From assembly GCA_951406725.2 (NCBI GenBank), contig OX597826.1:70680001-70744000 (forward strand): DNA of 64,000 nt. The letters are read 5' to 3'. Source of the stretch: Octopus vulgaris. Taxonomy: Eukaryota. A model generated the notes under the pieces. The model was not told the DNA's origin and made no database searches. It saw nothing but the letters and a program-made list of their open reading frames with translations. Every line of letters starts with the position of its first letter. The stretch's first letter is position 1. A program made the translations under genes and the position numbers. Of the stretch, positions 25,444 through 40,854 are shown in pieces.

Positions 25444-26000
25444 AATGCCCTGATGCAGTACCAGGCAGTGGCTTTCATGGCTTCTGATCTTAACTGATTG
25501 GAAGTGTTATCATGTACATTGTTTTGTCTTGGTATAAAAGATGGGCTACAGCAAATATTCTGCTCAATACCACAGATTTGCTTGTCAGTTGTTTGACCTT
25601 AACCAGTTGAGCATGTCCCTTAGTGGCTGACGATATGTGCATCTCTGATCACGAGCAGAAGTAGTGGGGGAGCATCATAGCCATGTGTTGAGAGGGATTC
25701 TTTGGGGTTTGAATAGTTCACCTCTGGAAACATGGGTGATTCTTTCAACATCCTTAAACAACCCTTATTCAGGGACCTATTGAGCGGGATGGGCTACTCA
25801 ACCTGAAGAAAATTCTAACTGGGCCCAACCTGCAAGGTCATGTGCTGTTTATCTTGATATGAGATCACCATGTCGCGCACATATGGTTGTGATGCATGTG
25901 CCTGGTGTACCTTTATCAGACGGGTAGTCATGATGGGTATATTGGGCTTCGTATATTTTACCCCAGTGTCACTTTGATGGCATGAACTGCTCTCTCACTC
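25444..26000 (+). mobile_element. Putative 3' UTR of an (AAT)n-targeting retroelement
   Basis: Flush with (AAT)n on both sides; its last 95 bp recur inverted at 36664-36758, again ending flush with AAT. Confidence 0.6.
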
Positions 26001-26138
<138 letters not shown>

Positions 26139-26869
26139 AAGAAGAAGAAGAAGAATGCTTTTAAATTTTGGCACATGGCCAGAAATTTTGTGGGGAGAGG
26201 TAAGTCAATTGTATCGACTCCGGTACTCAACTGGTACTTATTTTGTCGACCCCAAAAGGATGAAAGTAAAAGCTGACCTCCTGTTCTTTGACCGCTACAT
26301 TCATGTCCATAGATATTGCTGCATCTATGATGTTGAACCGAAAGAAATGCAGCTAAGCATTTTATCCGACTATTGAAACGACGATGACGACAACGACGAC
26401 GGCGACGATGATGATGATGTTGGTGATGTCTCGGGGTTACGAAACAGGCTTTAAATGTTTTATGCTGGTGCATATTTGATGATACGTATCTTACGGCCCC
26501 GGAATAACTGGTGCTGTCTTTATCGATCCCAAAACCAAGACAGGTTCGACAGGAAAGCAAAAATTCAAACGCTGCAGAATTTATACCTAATAGTGGGAAC
26601 ACACACTAAGCTCTTTTAAGGATCTTACGTGAAAAATAATCAATAAACTGTACAAGAATCGATTTGATCGATATGTTCTTCTTATGCAGAAATTGAAGTT
26701 GTGGCTAGGTAAAATCCACAACCACACATTATCTGCTATTTTATGGAAATATGCCATTTTTTCTTAGATGTTTTTGTCTACCTTTACTCTTCTCATACAC
26801 ACACACACAAGCGAACAAACTCAGACACAAAAACACACATACGTAAGTATATTCATGCAAGCACACACA

Positions 26870-28590
<1,721 letters not shown>

Positions 28591-29493
28591 TGAGTGGATT
28601 TTTACATATTTTCATGTAATAAGTGTATACCTCGTTTTAGTTGTATGTGTTTGACTAGTCTTCATGTAGGTGCGTGTATGCACACGTGATTGTACATATA
28701 TGTTCATTGAAGGAAGCTCAAATGGAGAGACTTTAGAAATGTTTTTAAAATCACCATTCTGTCACTAATCACTTGGATTTAGAAGATGCAAGCCGGTTTT
28801 CCTTGTACATTTTTAAAAGAAAATCTCTGGCTTTCATGCAAATTTATTGATAAGTAACCACCCAGCAGTCTTACAAAGATTGGTACGAATGAAACTTATA
28901 AAGCGGACACAAGAGTTGTAAGTTCATTCTCGATTGTTAGTCCACATCTCTCCTAAAGGTGTATTGGACCGGTTTCCCGCTTTCTCTGGCGTATATATAT
29001 ATATATATACATTACATAAAATCCGTTCTGTCTATCTCTGTGTGTGTCTTCTATGCTTTCGGGCATCCTCCATCCGATTGCGCTCAAATTTGATATGTAG
29101 ATACCGACGGTATCAGGGCGTGTATAAGTCTTGAAAAAATTACAAAAATCGATTCCAGATGAGAATGCGATCGATAAATCCGTGGGATATTGTCTTGTTG
29201 TAAGAGGAAAATTCCAACAGCCATATTTTTCTAATTCTGATGTAATATTCTTGGGTTATTTACAACATCTTCGTAAGATATGTTTTCAGCAATTTCTAGG
29301 CATTTGTAGCATTCTTTGTGTGGAACAGGAGAGAAAGTGAGACCGATGATGCACAGGTTTTAGTTTTGGAGACTGATTTTCACGTTTAACGATCAAATAC
29401 GAACAATTCTTTTGAGCAACTTCTATTCTTATGTCAGCTGAAAATGCTGTGATTAACTCCAGCTGGTTTTTTTTGTGTTTTTGTATTGTAAAA

Positions 29494-29690
29494 CAAAGCC
29501 TTGTGAGTGGATTTGGTAGAGGGAAACTGAAAGAAACCCGTCGAATATATATATATATATGATTTGCCTAATAGTGGTTTTATCTCTAATTTGATATAAT
29601 ATAATATAATATATTTATACTATAAAATTGGATTTAATCCTAAATCTGATTTTTCCCTGTAAATTTGGATTTATTCCCTAATATTTTATT

Positions 29691-29736
<46 letters not shown>

Positions 29737-29953
29737 CGTGTGTGTGTGTGTATGTATTTGTGTGTCTGTGTTTGTCACCCCACCATCGCTTGACAACCTA
29801 TGTTGGTGTGTTTACGTCCCCATAATCTAGCGGTTCGGCATAAGAGACCGATAGAATAAGTACTAGGATTACAAAGAATCGATTTGTTCGACTAAAGGCG
29901 GTGCTCCAAAATGGCCGCAGTCAAATAACTGCAACAGATACAATAATAAAAGA
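29494..29953 (+). mobile_element. SINE family B whose TA tract carries a Penelope-like 3' end (29561-29692)
   Basis: SINE B segments flank a 130-bp insert homologous to 14620-14737. Confidence 0.8.
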
Positions 29954-30692
29954 GTATATTTTATTACATTGAATATGTATGCTATATACATTACAACGGG
30001 TGTAATTCAATAAAATGTGTCATTGTATAGTTTGATCTGTTTATTCAAATGTGTTAAGGAGTATTTATCAGGGTGGTTTCTCTACTCGCTGAAAACCGTA
30101 ATACGCAGCAATTGGATTTTTATAGCAGAAACGATAGCGGATTTACGGCCAAAATAAACAGAATTACTGAAAGAAGATTTCCTTGGAAATTCTCCCTTTG
30201 AAATATTTATTACATCAGAGACATCGTTCTGTTCTCAATTTTATACTTGAGAATTGTTGCTCAGGTTGTCGGAAGTCTCTCAGTAGCAACAACTAAGATA
30301 GCAGGAACTTCGTACTTCTGTGTGTGTATGTGTGTGTGTGTGTGCGCGCGATGTATGTATGTATGTATCTATGTCTCTGCTATATTTAATCATTTGAATT
30401 CTTCTGAAGAAGAAGGAGCTGGTTTCTAACAAAGATACAAAGCGTCACTTTTGGAATGTAGATAATGAAAACAATGTCACATTTTAAACCTGAGAAAAGT
30501 CTTGCATACTTTTACTGTTCCGCTTACAGATTATACTTGTAATGTGTGAATCAGCTGATTGATTTCTTAATCCAAGCTTATCTAGACTGACCGATAGGCA
30601 TTTACTTACAAAATCAAGTACGCCTATTATTATTGGTATAAATGTCACATTTGTAATCCGAATATAGAATCAGGAAGTGTCGAAGCAGTTAA

Positions 30693-30932
30693 TCTTTTAC
30701 TCTTTAATCTTTTACTTGTTTCAGTCATTTGAATGTGGCCATGCTTGAGCACCGCCTTTAGTCAAGCAAATCGACCCCAGGACTTATTCGTTTGATGCCT
30801 AGTATTTATTCTATTGGTCTCTTTTACCGAACCGCTAAGTTACGGGGACGTAAACACACCAGCATCGGTTGTCAAGTGATGTGGGGAGGGGGGGCAAAAA
30901 CAGACACACAAACATATACACACGCATACATA

Positions 30933-31000
<68 letters not shown>

Positions 31001-31176
31001 CATACATACATATATACGACGATCTTTCAGTTTTTGTCTACCAAATCCCCTCATAAATCTTTGGTCGGCCCGAGGCTATAGTAGAAGGCACTTACCCAAG
31101 GTTCCACGCAGTGGGACTGAACCCGGAACCATGTGGTTGGTAAGCAAGCTACTGACCACGCAGTCACTCCTATGCC
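30693..31176 (-). mobile_element. Full-length SINE family B
   Basis: Reverse complement of 51776-52183. Confidence 0.9.
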
Positions 31177-31360
31177 AGTTGTCCATAGTTATCTTCTGTC
31201 TCATTGATTTTCAAAGAGATATTCACATCAGCAGGACATCTGACCTTCATGACTCAACATACTTTTTCTTTCCTGTCCCAAAGAACAATATCCGGCTTGT
31301 TATGCTTACTCTTGACAGATATGTTTTGATGGGAATGTTCTACCAGTATTCTGTGTGCTG
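31177..31360 (-). mobile_element. RLE-type non-LTR retrotransposon endonuclease fragment
   Basis: SVKSKHNKPDIVLWDRKEKVC*VMKVRCPADVNISLKINETEDNYGQL (PD..D/ExK-type RLE motif); 5' junction flush with (CATA)n. Confidence 0.8.
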
Positions 31361-31750
31361 GTATGTATGTATGTATGTATGTATGTAAGTATGTATGTAT
31401 GTATGTATGTATGTATGTATGTACGTAGTATGTATGTATGTATGTAGTATGTATGTATGTATGTATGTATGTATGTATGTATGTATGTATGTACGTAGTA
31501 TGTATGTATGTATGTATGTATGTATGTATGTACGTAGTATGTATGTATGTATGTACGTAGTAAATATGTATGTATGTATGTATGTATGTACGTAGTATGT
31601 ATGTATGTATGTATGTACGTAGTATGTATGTATGTATGCACGTATGTATGTATGTATGTATGTATGTATGTATGTATGTATGTACGTAGTATGTATGTAT
31701 GTATGCATGCATGTATGTATGTATGTATGTACGTAGTGTGTATGTATGTA
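31361..31750. repeat. (TATG)n array with recurring tacgtag interruptions
   Basis: Direct reading. Confidence 0.95.
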
Positions 31751-31779
31751 TTTATGTAGGTGCGTGTGTATATGCGTCT

Positions 31780-32730
31780 ATGACATTGTTCAGCTTTATT
31801 TCAAGATTTCTTGCCGATAGAAAAAGAGCCAGTTTATAACCTAGATCCAAGGCTCCTTCATTGGAATTTCAACATCAACAACAGGATATTTGTGTTTGGA
31901 TGTATATACATATGTGTAGACTTGTATGTTTTCTTTTATCCATGTATTCTCATGCATATAGTTACATACCTAGACATGCTCATATGTATTCGAATGACAA
32001 ACTTCTGAAAAGTTTTACGGATTTTTACAGTTCCAGTGATGGATTGGATCTGTAGTTTTCGAATTAGCTTTCTCCGTCCAGGTTTTGAGAAGCTTAATTT
32101 CTCAAGATTGATATTTAGACACTGTGTTACATATCCTTCCTTCCTTAAGCACTCCGTCGGTTACGACGATGAGGGTTCCGTTTGATCCGAATCAACGGAA
32201 CAGCCTGCTCATGAAATTAACGTGTAAGTGGCTGAGCACTCCACAGACACGTGTAACCTTAACGTAGTTCTCGGGGATATTCAGCGTGACACAGAGAGTG
32301 ACGAGGCCGGCCCTTTGAAATACAGGTACAACAGAAACAGGAAGTAAGAGAAAGTTGTGGTGAAAGAGTACAGCAAGGATCACCACCATCCCCTGCCGGA
32401 GCCTCGTGGAGCTTTAGGTGTTTTCGCTCAATAAACACTCACAACGCCCGGTCTGGGAATCGAAACCGCGATCCTATGACCGCGAGTCCGCTGCCCTAAC
32501 CACTGGGCCATTGCGCCTCCACGTTACATATCCTAGTGCCCCAATAATTACCTGAACTTATAATCCGGATAGAGTAACTGCAGATTTCTCAATAGTTCAG
32601 CATATGTATTCCGTTTTTCACTGATCTTCACCTTTATGTTAACATCCGTTAACAGTCAATTTTCAAAAATATATAGTTTCTTTTCTCTGCATCCCAAATC
32701 ATTATATCAGGCCTATTGTGCTTACATTTT
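31780..32730 (-). mobile_element. 5'-truncated RLE non-LTR retrotransposon between (CATA)n tracts, split by a SINE C
   Basis: Minus strand with frameshifts: KCKHNRPDIMIWDAEK...TDVNIKVKISEKRNTYAELLRNLQLLYPDYKF..IIGALGYVTQCLNINLEKL...IRKLQIQSITGTVKIRKTFQKF; AATAAA at 31795-31800(-). Confidence 0.8.
32138..32522 (-). mobile_element. Full-length SINE family C, 12-bp TSD
   Basis: TSD gttacatatcct at 32126-32137 and 32523-32534. Confidence 0.92.
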
Positions 32731-32781
32731 ATGTATGTATGTATGTATGTATGTATGTATGTATGTATGTATGTATGTATG

Positions 32782-32813
<32 letters not shown>

Positions 32814-33264
32814 ACTGTATCCATATATGTATGCGTAAATGTGTTACTATTAATTTATACATTAATAATGTCTGCATCTGACATATATTTGTAGAATTAA
32901 AACTTGAAGTATGGATAAGTGGCGAGTGCAATTATGTTATTCGTTTCTATCAAAATTTATCTTGGTTGACAGAACCGAAGACAATGTATTCCCAAATCAC
33001 AAGGTAGCCATTAGTACTTCAATTGTTTGTCTTACGCTAATTATTAGGTATTTACTTAGAAAGTCATTAATAGTAAAGCTAAAAAACAACAACAAAAAAC
33101 AAAGTATACAATTGCTGGTAGCTGAAAGTTAGACATTGTTTCATAAGATTGTAGTGTAAATTTAGACGCGATATTATGAGCAACACATTGTTGATATCGT
33201 CAAGTGTCTGACTTCTCAGCATGCAAAATAAGAGATGTCATTTCCGGTAGTTTGATAATGCAGA

Positions 33265-33556
33265 GATAGGGAGAGAGAAAGAGAGAGTGAGAGAGAGAAA
33301 GAGAGAAAAACAAAGAGAGAGAAAGAGAAAGATAGACAGACAGAAAGACAGGCAGGCAGGAGAAGGAGGGAGAGAAAAAGAGAGAGAGAGAGGTTGAGAG
33401 ACAGAGGGTGAAGGGAGAGACAGAAGGAGAGAGAGAGACAGAGAGAAAGACAGGCAGACAGACAGACAGGCAGGCAGGAGAAGGAGGGGAGAGAAAAAGA
33501 GAGAGAGGGTGAGAGAAAGAAGGGGAAGGGAGAGACAGAAGGAGAGAGAGAGAGAG
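33265..33556. repeat. GA-rich polypurine tract with internal duplication of about 120 bp
   Basis: gacaggcaggcaggagaaggaggg...gagagacagaaggagagag occurs twice. Confidence 0.85.
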
Positions 33557-33987
33557 ATATTCTAAATTTAGGAAGATTATTTGCGTGTCTTTGAAATACT
33601 GGTGAGATTATGTCGCTTGAAATGGGGGATTAACGACTCTGTCTTTAATGTGTTGAGAACTTTATGCGACCATTTATTGCGAAGTTTATCTGTTGCAAAA
33701 CTTTATGCAGTGTTCCCCCCCCCCCCTCATAAACACACTTCATGAGTACCAATCGCACATAAATATGACAATACAACAATGGTTATTTCACTGTCCGCAA
33801 ATCAACTGGATTCGTCAATGGAGGACGTGAAGAACACCAAACTGAAATGAGAGATATATCGCCAAAATAAGTGGTTCCCGACCTTTTTTTTGTTGCCTAT
33901 GGACCCATTTGATTCTCATTTTATTCTATTGGATCCCCTTAGCAATTTGGCCTAAAGTGGTTATTCTTCACATATTCAGTTCTTATT

Positions 33988-34397
33988 CTTTTACTACCCA
34001 CAAGGGGCTAAACACAGAGAGGACAAACAAGGGCAGACAAACGAATTAAGTCGATTACATCGACCCCAGTGCGTAACTGGTACTTATTTAATCGACCCCG
34101 AAAGGATGAAAGGCAAAGTCGACCTCGGCGGAATTTGAACTCAGAACGTAGCGGCCGACGAAATACCTATTTCTTTACTGCCCACAAGGGGCTAAACATA
34201 GAGGGGACAAACAAGGACAGACAAACGGATTAAGTGGATTACATCGACGCCAGTGCGTAACTGCTACTTATTTAATCGATCCAGAAAGGATGAAAGGCAA
34301 AGTCGACCTCGGCTGAATTTGAACTCAGAACGTAACGGCAGACGAAATACCGCTAGGCATTTCGCCCGGCGTACTAACGTTTCTGCCAGCTCGCCGT
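33988..34397 (-). mobile_element. SINE family A, head plus 2 units
   Basis: Unit junction gaaatacctatttc at about 34161-34174. Confidence 0.9.
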
Positions 34398-34817
34398 CTT
34401 TCTCACATGGTGTTTAAAGAACTCACATATTCAGTTCCTTAAACACCTATGCTTTGCTGCAAACAGCTCTACACCTTTCATGCATACAATGATTACCTAA
34501 GACATGAAATTTATTTTACAGCATATATATGCCATCATAATTACAACCAATGAGTAAATCCACCCGCGGACGAATTTCAACCAAAATATCCACTGTGGCC
34601 CAAAATCTGATTGAGCTTTGAACTAGGGATACCGCCATCATCAGTCTCTCCAACACCAAGAAGGTTTCTGAATTTTAAGCGACTGTGTAAAATTTCCACT
34701 ACAGTGCTTCGTGTTCAGTGACGGTGTTGCTACTGTAGGACTTGTCATTGCTTGCATGATAACTGTGGTGATGGTGAATGGGATAGTTATATGTGGCCAA
34801 AACAGTGCTGGTGGTGT

Positions 34818-35207
34818 TACTCTTTAATCTTTACTCTTTTACTCTTTTACTTGTTTCAGTCACTTGATTGCGGCGATGCTGGAGCATCGACTTTTTAGTC
34901 GAGTCATTCGACCCCAGGACTTATTCTTTGTGAGCCTAGTACTTATTCTATCGGTCTCTTTTGCCGAACCGCTAAGTTACGGGGACGTAAACACACTAGC
35001 ATCGGTTGTCAAGCGATGTTGGGGGACAAACACAGACACACAAATGTATACACACACACACACACATATATATATACATATATACGAGGGCTTCTTTCAG
35101 TTTCCGTCTACTCAAGAGTATTTGATCGGCCCGAGGCTATAGTAGAAGACTCTTGCCCAAGGTGCCACGCAGTGGGATTGAACCCGGAACCATACAGCCA
35201 CTCCTAC
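34818..35207 (-). mobile_element. SINE family B with small deletions
   Basis: Reverse-complement match to family B. Confidence 0.85.
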
Positions 35208-35217
35208 ATCTATATTG

Positions 35218-35258
<41 letters not shown>

Positions 35259-35397
35259 TTAACAATTAAGGATAAAATCTTAATAAGAAATCTTAGCAAG
35301 AAATTATCAGGTAGTTAGCGTGAAAAACCTCATAAGAGAAAAAATCTGAAAAATTTTTTCACTTGAAAATATTTGTTTATATTGTATGCCCTCTATG

Positions 35398-35453
<56 letters not shown>

Positions 35454-36022
35454 CACAGATTGTTCTCGTTCCGTATATTATTAACGTTCTCCCTCCTTAA
35501 TAAATACATTTTTCTTCAAATCACCGAAGACCATACATTCAGGCAGAGCACAGTTGTGAATCATAAATCAGAGAGATTCTCAGAGACAAAACAGAATTTT
35601 GATGACTATTCATACAAAACACATCTTTCTTGTCCTGTGTTGTTGTTGTTGTTGTTGTTGTTGGTGTTGGTGGTGTTGGTAGTAGTGTCCTTTTTTTTTT
35701 CTTTTTATTAATCTGAGTATTTTCTAGATTTCAATTAAGAAAGTGAAAAATTATTGTTATTGTTATTGTATTCACTGCTGTTGTTTTTGTTGTTGTTCCT
35801 TCGGCTGCTGCTGCTGCTATTGTTTCTGATATGGTTGCTTCGTCGCTCTTGTAGTAGCTGCTGCTGCTGTTTTTGGTGCTCCGTTTTTATTGTTTTTTTT
35901 TTATTCTCATTACTTACTTTTTGCTGATAATGGTTTCAGTTCTTCATTAATAAAACAAAAATGGTACGTTTGTGTGTGTGTATGTATATGTGTACAAGTG
36001 TAAACGTGTGTGTATAGTTATT

Positions 36023-36088
<66 letters not shown>

Positions 36089-36450
36089 CATCCATCCATC
36101 CATCCATCCATCCATCCATTCTGTTGGCCTCAGTCATTTTGTTGAATTATGTAAATATATTTTATGGTTGAAGCACAGCTATAATTCACTTTTAAAAAGT
36201 GCTATGTGGTTGATTGAGAAATGCATGTCTATTAGGATGACGAAGATTTCAGCAAAACAACATTCAACGTTTAAGGAGGTATGAACTGGATAAAATTAAG
36301 ACATTTTTTCTTAATGTTGTATAGAAAGGACTTAAGAATATATATCGTCCTTACTTCCACTAGCTCCTTATTCAAAATTACAATACGGGAGTCAAGTTAA
36401 GATTTCTTCTCTTGATATCGTTAATCAAGTTTGTGAAAACTATGAGTACA

Positions 36451-36620
36451 TTATTTACATTACTTACATTTGAGGGATATTTGTTCTCATCTTGTTTGTT
36501 GTTAACACAACATTTCGGCTGATATACCCTCCAGCCTTCTTCAGGTGTCTTGGGGAAATTTCGAACCTGGGTTCTCATTCCTAAGGTATTTTTCGATGTT
36601 GCTATTATTATTATTATTAC

Positions 36621-36663
<43 letters not shown>

Positions 36664-36969
36664 GAGTGAGAGAGCAGTGCATGCCATCAAAGTGACACTG
36701 AGGTAAAATATACGAAGCCCAGTATACCCATCACGACTACCCGTCTGATAAGGGTACACTTCTTCTTCTTCTTCTTCTTCTTCTTATTATTATTATCATT
36801 ATTGTTATTATTGTTCAGGTCACTGCTTGGAATCGAACTCGGAATCTTGGGGTTAGTAGCTCGCGTTGAGGCTGCATCAGCCGAAACGTTGTGTTAACAA
36901 CAAACAAGATGAGGACAAATATCCGTCGAATGTAAATAATGTACATAATTCCTCATCTCTTAAATATAG
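36451..36969. mobile_element. Inverted composite of a tRNA-headed, hammerhead-tailed element with 13-bp TSD
   Basis: TSD aactatgagtaca at 36438-36450 and 36970-36982; minus copy (B box gagttcgattcc 36829-36840, AAT spacer, hammerhead 36504-36549) joined to a plus-strand tail 36870-36969. Confidence 0.75.
36504..36549 (-). ncRNA. Minimal type I hammerhead motif
   Basis: Minus strand gacac CTGAAGA a-ggctg-gagggtatat-cagcc GAAA tg TT gtgtt. Confidence 0.65.
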
Positions 36970-37315
36970 AACTATGAGTACATGGCAAAGGTACATATTT
37001 AGTATGTTTTCTTGTTCTCATTAGATGTGCTATAAGATTAGTTTTTGTTTATGATTAAGGTTAGTGTAACATCTAGGAAACATACGATACCAAGGTTGTG
37101 GATGATAATAAATGTTTGGAAGAAATTTCCAAGGTATTATGGCTTTTCAAAATTATCTCGTAACTCAATTATCTCCGTTAGCGTGTTGCGCTGAGATAAG
37201 GCAAAACCTATCATTAGAGCTTCTAATTTTTCCATTTAAATATGCCATTAAACTTAGAAAAAAAATTTCCCCGTTATTACTGAGATCTTCCCCTCCCCCT
37301 CCTCCTCCTCTACAT

Positions 37316-37393
<78 letters not shown>

Positions 37394-37553
37394 GTTGTTG
37401 TTGCAGTTTTGATCTACTGCTATTTTCTCCGATTCACTATCATTGTTATAGCTTCTATTTTGCATGTCAACTTCAAAACCGTTTCTATTGTAATATTTTA
37501 TTATACTTTCCAATTATTCTAATTTTCCTCCTTTACACAATAATTACCAATTT

Positions 37554-37602
<49 letters not shown>

Positions 37603-37663
37603 GCCGCTACTACTGCTGCTGCTGCTGCTACTACTACTACTACTACTAATAATAATAATAATA

Positions 37664-37762
37664 TGTGTAATCTGGGAATGCGTACAATGAGCTTCTCCGC
37701 CCTAGGTGTACGGAAAACACTCGGCAAGAAACGGAAGAAAATTTGAATAAAGAAGGAAAAAT
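37664..37762 (+). mobile_element. Short putative 3' end of another (AAT)n-inserted element
   Basis: 100-bp non-repetitive insert with aataaa between AAT tracts. Confidence 0.4.
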
Positions 37763-37763
37763 G

Positions 37764-37844
<81 letters not shown>

Positions 37845-38031
37845 GACAGGCGTTAAAATAATAAAATAACAGTAATAAACGAGTGAAGAAAAAAATATAG
37901 TGCGTGTGTTTATTTGGCAAAAAAAAAATAACTAAAATGGCGATCCCGAAATACAACAATATCTGTCTCAATACACGATTTCACATCAGGAGACTTACAA
38001 AACAAATTGATAGACGTAATATTAATGATAC

Positions 38032-39222
38032 TTTCTACTATAGGTACAAGGTCTAAAATTTGGGGGAGAAGGGGAGTAGTCGATTACATCGACCCCAGTA
38101 CGCAACTGGTGCTTATTTTATCGACCCCGAAAGGATGAAAGGCAAAGTCGACCTCGGCGGAATTTGAACTCAGAACATGAAGATGAACGAAATACCTATT
38201 TCTTTACTACCCACAAGGGGCTAAACACAGAGGGGACAAACAAGGACAGACAAACGGATTAAGTCGATTATATCGATCCTAGTGCGTAACTGGTACTTAT
38301 TTAATCGGCCCCGAAAGGAGGAAAGGCAAAGTCGACCTCGGCGGAATTTGAACTCAGAACGTAACGGCAGACGAAATACCTATTTCTCTACTACCCACAA
38401 GGGGCTAAACACAGAGGGGACAAACAAGGACAGAAAAACGAATTTAGTCGATTATATCGACCCCAGTGCGTAACTGGTACTTATTTTATCGACCGCGAAA
38501 GGATGAAAGGCAAAGTCGACCTCGGCGGAATTTGAACTCAGAACGTAACGGCAGACGAAATACCTATTTCTCTACTACCCACAAGGGGCTAAACACAGAG
38601 GGGACAAACAAGGACAGAAAAACGAATTTAGTCGATTATATCGACCCCAGTACGCAACTGGTGCTTATTTTATCGACCCCGAAAGGATGAAAGGCAAAGT
38701 CGACCTCGGCGGAATTTGAACTCAGAACATGAAGATGAACGAAATACCTATTTCTCTACTACCCACAAGGGGCTACACACAGAGAGGACAAACAAGGACA
38801 GAAAAACGAATTTAGTCGATTATATCGACCCCAGTGCGTAACTGGTACTTATTTAATCGACCCCGAAAGGATAAAAGGCAAAGTCGACCTCAGGGGAATT
38901 TGAACTCAGAACGTAGCGGCAGACGAAATATCTATTTCTTTATTACCCACAAGGTGCTAAACACAGAGGGGACAAACAAGGACAGACAAACGGATTAAGT
39001 CGATTATATCGACCCCAGTGCGTAACTGGTACTTATTTTATCGACCGCGAAAGGATGAAAGGCAAAGTCGACCTCGGCGGAATTTGAACTCAGAACGTAA
39101 CGGCAGACGAAATACCGCTAAGCATTTTGCCCGGCGTGCTAACGTTTCTGCCAGCTCGCCGCCTTAGATGGACGAAATACCCCTAAGCACTTTGCACGTC
39201 GTGCTAACGATTCTGGCAGCTC
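38032..39222 (-). mobile_element. SINE family A array: five 184-bp units plus head, nested in an older variant copy
   Basis: Unit boundaries 38196, 38380, 38564, 38748, 38932; head ends 39163; second head remnant 39170-39222; variant tail 38032-38080. Confidence 0.9.
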
Positions 39223-39974
39223 ATAATAATAATATTCGATATTTGAACTGTTTCAAATCCCTCCCTACCTCTGTTCGATCTTCTTCGGTGATAACACCAC
39301 TGAGCTGCCACCTACATTTATTTAGGCTTCCAATAAATTAGCTGTTTTGAACCCCAGCACTGCTACCAAAACTATTTTCCGTCCGTTGTTGCCATTTTTG
39401 GCTATATGGCTAAAATTCAAAACTTTGCACCTAATCTTCCATTCTCCTGCTAACGACATCGTAAATCGTGCACCCCTCCCTCATTCACCTACCCACCAAC
39501 AATATAACTGGCTCACCCCTTCAGCACTCACCATCTTGTTCTCTCATTCGTACCGTTAACTCCTTCCCCCTAACCAATTTTCTCTATTTCTTTCCCTATT
39601 GTCTTCTCCAACGTTACCTCTTACTTCTCCTCTTTCGTTTTGTTCTTTATTGTACATCTTCCTCTCTTCTTTCTTCTCCCCTTCGGCACCTTTCCCGCCT
39701 AAATCACTCCTTTTCTTTACCCTCTCTCCATTTCATCCGATTTATTTTGCTTTCCTCCTGTATCTACCTACTTATCTATCTATCTATCTATCTATCTATC
39801 AATCTATCTATCTGTCTGTCTGTCTGTCTGTCTGTCTGCCTGTCTATCTCTTTCTCTCTCTTCCTCTTTCATACTCTCTCTCTTTGCATATATGTACGCA
39901 CGTATGTATGTATGTATGTATGTATGTATGTATGTATGTATGTATGTATGTATGTATGTATGTACGTATGTATG

Positions 39975-40021
<47 letters not shown>

Positions 40022-40198
40022 CACTGCTTTATTTTGAGATTGCTAGTGTTAACAATACCCGCAAATAAAATACAGACTGGAGTTGTAGTGCTCCAAGTGA
40101 GCTATATTCCGCTTAATAATCTCAATGGAGGCAATGCAAGCGGAAACTAAAGCAACATAACAAATAACCACACTCAAAGCTTCCTGAACGTATACACA

Positions 40199-40249
<51 letters not shown>

Positions 40250-40459
40250 CAATAATAATAAAAGGTAAAAATTAATTAATTAATTAATAATTATTAATTA
40301 TTAATCATTAATAATTCCACCAAGTAGTTTCGTCATATTAAAAGGACCATTATCGGTAAACTTAAACAATTTTTTTTTCATTGCGAGTATAATTATAATT
40401 AGGGTTCAGCAAAAAAATTTGCTTTACCACATACCGAAAATGTAGAAGTTTTGGACATA

Positions 40460-40690
40460 AACACACCAGCATCGGTTGTCAAGCGAAGGCGGGGTGGGGT
40501 GTACAAACACAGACACACATATAAGTATATATATATATTATACAACGAGCTTTTTTCAGTTTCCGTCTACAAAATCTACTCACAAGGCTTTGGTAGGTGG
40601 AGGCTATAATAGATGATGCTTGCCCAAGATGCCACGCAGTGGGACCGAGCCCGGAACCATGTGGTTGGGAACCAAGCTTCCTGAATGCAT
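40460..40690 (-). mobile_element. Partial diverged SINE family B
   Basis: Reverse-complement match to family B head and middle. Confidence 0.75.
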
Positions 40691-40740
40691 ACGCACAAAC
40701 ACACACACAGATAGATAAATAGAAGACAGACAGACATACA

Positions 40741-40773
<33 letters not shown>

Positions 40774-40795
40774 ACAGACAGACAGACAGGCAGGC

Positions 40796-40854
<59 letters not shown>

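Noticed and set aside
25446-25480. ctgatgc as a hammerhead core
   Set aside because: Not CUGANGA, and no downstream stem II plus GAAA
36866-36895. Plus-strand hammerhead in the inverted composite
   Set aside because: Has stem II, GAAAC and GUU but the CUGANGA core and 5' stem I are lost at the inversion junction
40317-40360. Hammerhead-like gtc...gac-GAAA-ctac on minus strand in a TA-flanked AT-rich insert
   Set aside because: Upstream core reads ccgataat and stem III is not palindromic; too degenerate to call
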